Assembly: GCA_012842425.1 (NCBI GenBank) | Contig: DUSU01000047.1 | Coordinates: forward strand, 1,632 to 65,631 | Reading direction: 5' to 3' | DNA from: Candidatus Fermentithermobacillaceae bacterium | Lineage (GTDB): Bacteria; Bacillota; Sulfobacillia; Fermentithermobacillales; Fermentithermobacillaceae | Length of the DNA: 64,000 nucleotides | Part shown: in pieces, positions 57,417 to 64,000 of the stretch | How the letters are laid out: every line of letters starts with the position of its first letter | Numbering within the stretch: position 1 is the first letter of the stretch | Notes under the pieces: generated by a model | Seen by the model: the letters and a program-made list of their open reading frames with translations, nothing else | Databases searched by the model: none | Told to the model about the DNA's origin: nothing | Made by a program: the position numbers and the translations under genes

Positions 57417-59252
57417 ATGCCAATATCTCTCAACCTGACTGGCCTGGACACGGATATCATCATCCAGCAGCTCATGGCGATCGAGAGGCAGCCCCTTCAG
57501 AGGCTCGAACAGCAGCGGACTGTCTTGGCCAAGCGAAAGAGCGCTTGGGATACCATAAGGACGAAGATGTCGAATGTATCTTCGCGGCTCACTGCGCTTA
57601 CCGGATTGTCAACCTTCAACAGCAAGAAGGTAGTTGTGGCAAACAGCGCTGTTGCTTCGGCCACCGCTTCGCAGTCTGCTATGCCCGGGACGTACAATCT
57701 GAGAGTTACCTCTCTAGCGTCGGGCCAGATAGTGGGTTCGAACCTCTTTGACTCGGCCGACTCGCCGCTTGGGATCTCCGGCACCATAAGCATACGCGGG
57801 CAGGCGATCGAGGTAAGCGCAAATGACGGTCTCTCGTCGATAGCGGCGAAGATCAACGCCCTAAAGGATGCCGGCGTCAAGGCTTCGGTGCTTCAGACCG
57901 AGCCCTCCAAGTACAGGCTGGTCCTTAGTTCCACGGAACTGGGGACGGCCAACACCATCTCTTTCGACGGAAGCCTGGACGCCCTGCAGGCGCTCGGAAT
58001 CGTCGACAGTGACGGAAACGTGAGTGAGATCCAGGCGGCCTCCGACGCAGTCTTCACTTTGAACGGCGTTCAGTTTGTGAGGCACTCAAACACGATCTCA
58101 GACGTTGTGCCTGGCCTAACCCTTAACCTGGCTCAGGCGGTGGACCCCGGGACCGGCCTCGGCGGGGTGACAAGCATAACGGTCTCGCCGGACGACGACG
58201 CGATCGTTGAGGCCGTGAAGCAGTTCATATACGACTACAACAGTCTCCTCGAAACCATCAAGGCCTATAACTCTTACGACACGTCTACCAAGACCGCCGG
58301 CACGCTGTTCGGCGATCCCGTGCTCCGGAGATTGCTTAACGCGCTTCGGGAAGTGATCTTCCGGAAGGTTGACGGAGCTCTTCCGGGATTTGAGACATTG
58401 CCATCGGTAGGCATAAGCACCGGTGCGCCAGGGTCTTACAACAAAGACGGGAAGATCGTCTTGGACGAAACCAAGCTGCGCGAGGCTCTCTCCACGAACC
58501 GCGAAGCCGTTATGTACCTGTTTGGCGCAAAAGCCCCGAACGTCGCCCTTGCTTCTGCCGGTGCTTCTGTAACGGCTTCGAGCACCTTCGGTCCGGAGTA
58601 CGCAGCCGAAAGCGTGATTGACGGCAGCTACTCATCTCATCTCTGGAGCCAAGGTGGGGGATGGGCCGACGGGACTCCCGGAGCATTTCCCGACTTCCTC
58701 GAGATCGACTTTGGCGTGGAAAGGACCATAGACAGGATCGGGCTGTATACCGTAAACAGTGAGCAGTACCCCGCTGCGCTTTACGGAGTGAGGGACCTGG
58801 AGGTTGAGTACTGGGACAGCGTGCAATCCTCGTGGGTGAGCCTTTTCACGGTGACCGGCAATACCCAGGAGTACATTTCGCGGTCATTCGACCCGGTAAC
58901 TACGAACAAGGTGCGCATAAACGTCACCGGCTCGAACGACGGCGAGCACTCCCGGATTCTCGAAGTCCAAGCCTTTGGGAAGAACGATGGCGCTTTTTCC
59001 GATCTCGCGGACGTTATCCGTATGTACACGTCGTTTGACGGTCTGCTTTCCGGAAGGACCGAGGAGATCGACCGCCTGGACAAAGATCTCTCCAGGCAGA
59101 TCGAGAGTATGCAGAAGCGTCTTGACATGCGCCTTGAGTCCTTGAGGAAGAAGTTCACGGCGCTTGAGGTCATGCTCCAACAGTTCAATGCACAGAGCGC
59201 TTGGCTTTCGCAGCAACTGATGTCGCTATCTTTCAACAGACAGAATGGGTGA
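57417..59252 (+). CDS. fliD: Flagellar filament cap protein FliD carrying an inserted F5/8 type C (discoidin, CBM32-like) domain
   Basis: FliD N-terminal region (SGLDTDIIIQQLMAIERQPLQRLEQQ) and C-terminal coiled coil (EEIDRLDKDLSRQIESMQKRLDMRLESLRKKFTALEVMLQQFNAQSAW). About 150 aa at roughly nt 58530-58985 match the discoidin pattern: TASS...VIDGSYSSHLWSQ...DFLEIDFG...IDRIGLY...YGVRDLEVEYWDS..SW......VRINVTGSNDGEHSRILEVQAFG. Confidence 0.85.
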   Translation: MPISLNLTGLDTDIIIQQLMAIERQPLQRLEQQRTVLAKRKSAWDTIRTKMSNVSSRLTALTGLSTFNSKKVVVANSAVASATASQSAMPGTYNLRVTSLASGQIVGSNLFDSADSPLGISGTISIRGQAIEVSANDGLSSIAAKINALKDAGVKASVLQTEPSKYRLVLSSTELGTANTISFDGSLDALQALGIVDSDGNVSEIQAASDAVFTLNGVQFVRHSNTISDVVPGLTLNLAQAVDPGTGLGGVTSITVSPDDDAIVEAVKQFIYDYNSLLETIKAYNSYDTSTKTAGTLFGDPVLRRLLNALREVIFRKVDGALPGFETLPSVGISTGAPGSYNKDGKIVLDETKLREALSTNREAVMYLFGAKAPNVALASAGASVTASSTFGPEYAAESVIDGSYSSHLWSQGGGWADGTPGAFPDFLEIDFGVERTIDRIGLYTVNSEQYPAALYGVRDLEVEYWDSVQSSWVSLFTVTGNTQEYISRSFDPVTTNKVRINVTGSNDGEHSRILEVQAFGKNDGAFSDLADVIRMYTSFDGLLSGRTEEIDRLDKDLSRQIESMQKRLDMRLESLRKKFTALEVMLQQFNAQSAWLSQQLMSLSFNRQNG

Positions 59253-59256
59253 TGAC

Positions 59257-59673
59257 ATGGCCATCGGTAGTGGTGCATACGGGGCGTCAAGTGGAAGGGA
59301 ACGGGCTCTCTCAACGTACAAGCAGATGAGCATAGAAACAGCGGCGCCTGCGGAACTGGTCCTCATGCTCTACAACAGGGCTCTTCGCACCATGGAAGAA
59401 GCTACGGGCTATCTGGAGCGGAAGGATATGGAGGGGTCCAACCGGAGCCTTCAGAAGGCCCAAGACATAGTCGATGAGCTCCGGTTTTCTCTCAATGTGT
59501 CTGCCGGGGGGCAACTGGCCCGCGATTTGGCTGCGGTGTATGACTATGTGGGTTCAAGGCTCCTCATGGCCAACATTAGGAAAGACGCGTCTCTGGTGAG
59601 TGAGGCCGCAAAGGTGCTTACTGAGATAAGAGACGGTTGGGCGGAAGTAGTTGAGAAACATGGGTACCGGTAG
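59257..59673 (+). CDS. fliS: Flagellar export chaperone FliS
   Basis: ELVLMLYNRALRTMEEA...AQDIVDELRFSLNVSAGGQLARDLAAVYDYV is the FliS four-helix-bundle signature. Confidence 0.85.
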   Translation: MAIGSGAYGASSGRERALSTYKQMSIETAAPAELVLMLYNRALRTMEEATGYLERKDMEGSNRSLQKAQDIVDELRFSLNVSAGGQLARDLAAVYDYVGSRLLMANIRKDASLVSEAAKVLTEIRDGWAEVVEKHGYR

Positions 59674-60031
59674 AGAAGCCGCCGGCGTACTCGACGCGAT
59701 CAGGCGCCTCGTTACCGTGACGCGGGCCGTCCGCGACTCGGCTGTGGCCCGCGATTTCGATTCTCTCCCCGAGGCCATAGAGCAACGCGAAGAGATCATC
59801 TCTTCGCTGAAGTCGCAAGGCGGCGTCGCGAACGTAGCGGGCGCTCACCGTAGCGAAGTTGTCGAAGCGCTCCTCAAGATACGTGAGATGGAAGATGAAG
59901 TGGTCAAGGTCTTTGAAAGCGAGATGGCCACTGACAACCAGGCCATCGAGGATGTGACGGCCAAAGCCAGAGCGCTGTCCGCCTACGAACGACTCGTTCC
60001 CAAGCCGCGAAGGTTCGACACCCAGAAGTAG
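59660..60031 (+). CDS. Small helical protein at the FliT position (putative flagellar chaperone)
   Basis: About 120 aa, all-helical, immediately after fliS as fliT is in Bacillus. No strong sequence signature. Confidence 0.4.
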   Translation: MGTGREAAGVLDAIRRLVTVTRAVRDSAVARDFDSLPEAIEQREEIISSLKSQGGVANVAGAHRSEVVEALLKIREMEDEVVKVFESEMATDNQAIEDVTAKARALSAYERLVPKPRRFDTQK

Positions 60032-60071
60032 ATCGGCGCACGGGAGAGTCAAATATGTTGAATAATGGAAA

Positions 60072-60100
60072 AGCCCCGGGTAACCGGGGCTCTTGTTTTC
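60072..60100. terminator. Bidirectional rho-independent terminator between the fliT-like gene and cspA
   Basis: GCCCCGGG-taa-CCGGGGC stem flanked by A-run (aaaa) upstream and TCTTGTTTTC downstream. It serves both convergent genes. Confidence 0.6.
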
Positions 60101-60112
60101 GCTTAGCTTACG

Positions 60113-60313
60113 TTAGGAAGCCTTAACCACGTTCGCTGCTTGCAGACCTTTGGGACCTTCGACGATGTCGAACTCGACAGTGTCGCCCTGGTTGAGGGTC
60201 CGGAACCCGTCGCTCTGGATTGCAGTGTAGTGGACGAAAACGTCCGGGCCGTCATCGCGCTCGATGAAGCCATAACCCTTTTCCGCGTTGAACCACTTGA
60301 CTCTACCTTGCAT
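60113..60313 (-). CDS. cspA: Cold-shock protein (CspA family)
   Basis: [33 protein letters not shown]...[20 protein letters not shown] contains the RNP1 (KGYGFI) and RNP2 (VFVHY) motifs. A long 5' leader lies upstream on the minus strand. Confidence 0.9.
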   Translation of the reverse strand: MQGRVKWFNAEKGYGFIERDDGPDVFVHYTAIQSDGFRTLNQGDTVEFDIVEGPKGLQAANVVKAS

Positions 60314-60649
60314 TTCGGGACATTCCTCCTAAATTGCAGACGACGGGTCCCGGCCACGTCGTCTCCTGGAGCTTTCTGCTCGTTCTCGCACTATAGCATT
60401 CCCCAAAGGGCCAGTCAACAGACATTTTCCCCTGTACCTGTGGATAATGTGAACAACTCTGTTGATATCCAGTTAGAAACGGATTTTCCCATGGGGATAT
60501 CGCTGTGGATTGTCAGGACATGTCGAAGAGAGATGGAACGCCGTCACAAGAGTCGAATCAGGGCGTGGCTCTAACGGCAAGAGATGGAAGGATTCAGCCT
60601 TCTCGCAGGGAATAATATAGCTCAAAGGTTCTCTCGGGAGGTTGGTTCA

Positions 60650-61165
60650 ATGGAGATAAACGTGAGGGGCAAGAACATTGATGTGAACCCGAGTCTCAAG
60701 CAATATGCCGAGAAGAGGCTGTCCAAGATCGACCGTTATATTAAACAGACACCCCTCGCAGTTCAAGTTACCTTCTCAACCGAGCGGGACAATTATGTTG
60801 TTGAAGTTACCATTCCCCTAAACGGCTACCTTCTGAGGGCCGAGGAATCGGCCAGAGATGCGTTCAGTTCCGTGGACAACGTCATGGAGAAGCTTGAGAA
60901 GCAGATAGAGAAGTACCGCACCAAGCTTTTCAAGCGGGACAGAGTAGAAGTTGCCTCCGCTCCTCGAGAAGACCTGGAGAACGCGCGCATAGTGAAAGTA
61001 AAGCGCTTCCCGATGAAGCCAATGACGCCCGAAGAAGCGGCGATGCAAATGGAACTGTTGGGCCACGACTTCTTTGTGTTCCACAACGCCGAAAACGATG
61101 CAGTGAATGTGGTGTACCGGCGTAAAGACGGCAACTACGGCCTCATAGAGCCTGAGGACTACTAA
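60650..61165 (+). CDS. hpf: Ribosome hibernation-promoting factor, long form
   Basis: The N-terminal YfiA/RaiA domain (MEINVRGKNIDVNPSLKQYAEKRLSKIDRY) plus the C-terminal dimerisation domain (IVKVKRFPMKPMTPEEAAMQMELLGHDFFVFHNAENDAVNVVYRRKDGNYGLIEP). Confidence 0.9.
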   Translation: MEINVRGKNIDVNPSLKQYAEKRLSKIDRYIKQTPLAVQVTFSTERDNYVVEVTIPLNGYLLRAEESARDAFSSVDNVMEKLEKQIEKYRTKLFKRDRVEVASAPREDLENARIVKVKRFPMKPMTPEEAAMQMELLGHDFFVFHNAENDAVNVVYRRKDGNYGLIEPEDY

Positions 61166-61166
61166 A

Positions 61167-62333
61167 ATGCTCGAGCCACGGGTTACGCTCGTTATCTTCG
61201 AAGGTGGACAAGCCAAGACGGAGCTGGACTCCCTGATGGCTTCAGTCCGCCGTGAAGTTGTCCTCGACACGTGCGAAAAGATCAAGTCGGTGGAAGAGAT
61301 CGATGAAACGATACTGGTGACCAACTACCCCGATTTGGCGGAGTCGGCGCGGGAGATGGGCATCACGGTTGACTACGAGTCGCCGGGCGCGAGGCCTTTT
61401 CATTTCGGAAAGAGACTTCGCGAGATAATCGTCACCCATGGCATAGAAAACGTGATCTATATGGGAGGGGCGGCGGCTCCCCTCATTACCGCGAGAGAGT
61501 TTTCCGATATAGCTGTTGCCCTGAAGCGAGAGAGAAACCTGGTTGTAATGAACAACGTCCAGTCGGCCGACCTGGTGGCTTTTGCCCCGGCCCGGGCGAT
61601 TGACGAGATCGAGCTGCCCAACAAGGATAACCCTTTGGGGAACTTGCTCAGGGAGATTGGGATGCGCCGGGTTCTCATCCCGAACTCGGGCAGGGTGAAC
61701 TTCGACCTCGACACTCCCACCGATTTTCTTGTCCTCGGCATGCATCCTATGTGCGGTCCAAGGGCCAAGCGGGCCATAGACGCCCTAAACTGGCCTAGAG
61801 CCACGATAGAGCAGGCTGTGAATATCCTCAGGCAACCGTCTAAGGAGGTTGCCGTTGTGGGAAGGGTCGGTCCGGCCGTCATCCAGTACATCAACTCGAA
61901 TATGGTTCACAGAATGAGGGTTTTTTCCGAAGAAAGAGGTATGAAGGCTTTAGGCCGCGAGGAGAGGGGAGAGGTCGTTTCCCTCTTGGGTTTCATGATT
62001 GAGGAGATCGGCCCTGAAAGGTTTTTCGACTACCTCGCGAAGACGGCCGACGTGGCTTTCATTGATTCCAGGGTCATATTCGGACACCTGAGGAAACAGC
62101 TCTCGGATTGGGACAGGTTCCAGTCCGATTTGGGGCGGTACGACTTAATAGAGGATCCTTGGACGCGCGAGTTTACCAGGTGTGCCTGTGACGCGCGAAT
62201 TCCTGTTGTCCTCGGCGGACACAGCCTTGTCGCAGCGGGGCTTTGGCTTATGGCCGAGATGATTGTGAAAGAACGCGAAGCATCGGGATACAGGTACAAC
62301 ACTTACTCGCTGTCTAGGGGCGTGCGGCCCTAG
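61167..62333 (+). CDS. Uncharacterised protein; the N-terminal half resembles a CofC/MobA-like nucleotidyltransferase fold
   Basis: A 388-codon ORF overlapping the hpf stop. The N-terminal ~190 aa show a GT-A/NTP-transferase-like pattern (TLVIFEGGQAKTEL...ILVTNYPDLAESAREMGITV...IYMGGAAAPLITAREFSDI). The C-terminal half is unrecognised. This is a weak, memory-based assignment. Confidence 0.35.
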   Translation: MLEPRVTLVIFEGGQAKTELDSLMASVRREVVLDTCEKIKSVEEIDETILVTNYPDLAESAREMGITVDYESPGARPFHFGKRLREIIVTHGIENVIYMGGAAAPLITAREFSDIAVALKRERNLVVMNNVQSADLVAFAPARAIDEIELPNKDNPLGNLLREIGMRRVLIPNSGRVNFDLDTPTDFLVLGMHPMCGPRAKRAIDALNWPRATIEQAVNILRQPSKEVAVVGRVGPAVIQYINSNMVHRMRVFSEERGMKALGREERGEVVSLLGFMIEEIGPERFFDYLAKTADVAFIDSRVIFGHLRKQLSDWDRFQSDLGRYDLIEDPWTREFTRCACDARIPVVLGGHSLVAAGLWLMAEMIVKEREASGYRYNTYSLSRGVRP

Positions 62334-62372
62334 AAGGTGACCGGTGGTAATCAATACAAGGGTGGGGAGACA

Positions 62373-63023
62373 ATGTCGGGTGACAAACGAAGTGTCTCTG
62401 CGAGAGAGTACGAAGACACCCTCAAACGAATACGAGATGTGGTAACCGCCAGAGTGGTGCTCGATCCTGACGGTTCAGTCGAGGAGGTTCACGTATTGGC
62501 GGGCCCGGGCAGGTCGGTGAAGCTCATCGCCCGCGACGTTGAATCAACTCTTATTGCAGCTTTTGGCAACCCGATTGACAGACGGAAAATCTCCATTGCC
62601 CAGCTGGGAGGAGACCCGGGCCGGCAGGAGAAGCGGGTCCAGCTTAGAAAAGTCGAGATCGTTTCGGAGGCGGATTCGGCAGAGGTCAATGTCTACCTGA
62701 AAATGGGGAACAACGAGGTCATGGGGGCGGCCGAGGGCGTACCCACGGCCAAGAACTGGTTGTGGCTTTCGGCATGCGCCGCGGTGGACGCCCTGTCTCA
62801 GTACCTGATTCCGGATGTTTCTTTCGTTGTGGAAGACGTGGGGATCACTACTTCTCGATCGACCCGGGTCGCCCTGGTGTCGGTCCGTTTGTTCGCGTTC
62901 GGCAAGGAGCTACTTCTGACAGGTTCTTGCCCTGTCACCCATGACGACCGGGAAGCGGTCGTAAAGGCAACGTTGGATGCCGTGAACAGGAAGTTTGCGC
63001 AGATAATCGGCGGAGACGCCTGA
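62373..63023 (+). CDS. Uncharacterised protein with two internally similar ~90-aa halves
   Basis: A 216-codon ORF with RBS GGGGAG. Two segments with similar hydrophobic periodicity (VEEVHVLAGPGRSVKLIARDVESTLIAAFG / VEDVGITTSRSTRVALVSVRLFAFG) suggest an internal duplication. No family was recognised. Confidence 0.3.
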   Translation: MSGDKRSVSAREYEDTLKRIRDVVTARVVLDPDGSVEEVHVLAGPGRSVKLIARDVESTLIAAFGNPIDRRKISIAQLGGDPGRQEKRVQLRKVEIVSEADSAEVNVYLKMGNNEVMGAAEGVPTAKNWLWLSACAAVDALSQYLIPDVSFVVEDVGITTSRSTRVALVSVRLFAFGKELLLTGSCPVTHDDREAVVKATLDAVNRKFAQIIGGDA

Positions 63024-63296
63024 GCGCCTTCCGTATAGGTTTCACGCCCGCGGTAGAGGATTGGGGAAAGTTGGCGGAGAATTGAAATTTCGGGCCGGCG
63101 GCCGATGATGTTTTCAGCGGAGCCTGACGGTTGTCCGGACTTAGCGGGTTCGGATATGTCCATTAGGCTAACTGGAGGTTCATTCTGTGAACAAGCTGGT
63201 CAGAATCATTCTTGCGCTTTCGGCTCTGCTTCTGGCAGGAGTACGTTCGTGGCAGGTAGGCTGATAAACTAGCCTCCGCCGCCGGCCCAAGGTGAG

Positions 63297-64000
63297 GTGC
63301 CCTGTTTGAAGCCAAACGGAGGGTTCTTCAAACAAGCCTACATATACACCGTTTCTGCGATAGGCGCATGGATTTTGTTCACTAACCTCCCTACATTCCG
63401 CGATGCCACGCATCTGGCCGAGTTTCTTTTCATGTTCGCTCTCATCGCCATCGGGGAGGTTGCTCCTGTGACGATCCCTCGCGGCAGCGGCACTGTTTCT
63501 GTTTCGCCTCCCATGAACTACACGGTGACGGTGCTCTTCGGGCCTGAGGCAGGCATTTGGGTGAACACCCTCGCGACTCTCCGTAAGCGGGATTTCTCAG
63601 GACAGGTGCCGTTGCGCCTCGTCCTCTTCAACAGGGGCATGCTGGCCACCTCGATGTTCATGTTTGCCAAGGCATATGAGGCGGTAGGGGGCACGTTTGG
63701 AGTTCTGGATTGGCCCCAGGGGTTCATAGCGTTTCTCACCGCCGCTATTGTCGATACCTTCTGCAACGCCCTTCAGTTCGCCATCTACTTCAGCTTGGAC
63801 TCGGGCATGTCTCTCCGGGGAGTGTGGCGCCTCAATATCCAGTGGACTATCCCGAGCATGCTGGCTCTCTACCCGCTGGGCATACTCATGGTGCTTGTGG
63901 CCCAGCAAGGCGGGCCGTTCCTTCTCACGCTGTTCTACCTGCCTCTCCTCACAATGAAATACTCGCTGAACAAGTATATTGAGCTGCGGGCGGCTTACCA
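63297..64000 (+). CDS. Polytopic membrane domain of a putative sensor protein (3' end beyond the window); possibly the 7TM N-terminus of an HD-GYP/HD-type signalling protein
   Basis: An open frame from TTG 63297 (RBS AGGTGAGGTG) to the window end with at least 6 predicted TM helices, ending ...LTMKYSLNKYIELRAAY as if entering a cytoplasmic linker. It is absent from the ORF track because no stop falls inside the window. Confidence 0.45.
   Translation, partial: MPCLKPNGGFFKQAYIYTVSAIGAWILFTNLPTFRDATHLAEFLFMFALIAIGEVAPVTIPRGSGTVSVSPPMNYTVTVLFGPEAGIWVNTLATLRKRDFSGQVPLRLVLFNRGMLATSMFMFAKAYEAVGGTFGVLDWPQGFIAFLTAAIVDTFCNALQFAIYFSLDSGMSLRGVWRLNIQWTIPSMLALYPLGILMVLVAQQGGPFLLTLFYLPLLTMKYSLNKYIELRAAY

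Overview
This 64-kb window is chromosomal backbone from a high-GC (~60%) Gram-positive bacterium. The content points to an endospore-forming, flagellated organism with an SLH-anchored S-layer: spoIID, a SpoIIQ-like M23 protein, spoIIID, and flhO/flhP-flgM-flgK-flgL-fliW-csrA-fliD-fliS. Gene order tracks the conserved Bacillus/Clostridia arrangement: pyrG ... tal-rho-rpmE-prfA-prmC-ywlC(sua5)-ywlE-rpiB-ywlG ... mnaA-[ATPase operon]-murA-spoIID-spoIIID-mbl-flhO-flhP-fabZ-metK ... comFC-yvyF-flgM-flgN-flgK-flgL-fliW-csrA ... fliD-fliS-fliT-cspA-hpf.

Features in order:
- A partial pyrG 3' end, an OadA/PycB-like carboxyltransferase, PhzF and pcp.
- A cell-envelope block: an S-layer SLH protein with a long leader, a second SLH protein, a large S8 subtilase and a CtpA S41 protease. 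Convergent with it is a Wzy_C O-antigen-ligase-like/TPR protein plus a Wzz-like co-polymerase.
- A kal-like/kce pair next to transaldolase; Rho with a ~380-aa low-complexity N-terminal extension; rpmE, a DUF1385 protein, prfA and prmC.
- A single ORF fusing Sua5/TsaC to a YwlE-like low-molecular-weight phosphatase, then rpiB, ywlG, dCMP deaminase, tagO/wecA-like and mnaA.
- A complete nine-gene V/A-type ATPase operon (G/H-I-K-E-C-F-A-B-D) sitting where Firmicutes normally carry the F1Fo atp operon.
- murA, then a lower-GC scar holding a Panacea-like remnant and an HD-domain fragment.
- spoIID, a low-GC islet (hypothetical protein, GNAT, VIT transporter), a SpoIIQ-like M23 protein, spoIIID, mreB/mbl, flgF/flgG, a rod-binding protein, fabZ and metK.
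- comFC, yvyF, flgM, flgN, flgK, flgL, fliW and csrA, but no flagellin gene after csrA.
- A fliD carrying an inserted discoidin (F5/8 type C) domain, then fliS, a fliT-like gene, cspA, hpf, two uncharacterised proteins and a partial multi-TM membrane protein at the window end.

No rRNA, tRNA, CRISPR array or intact mobile element was recognised. Most long antisense ORFs in the six-frame track are artefacts of high GC.
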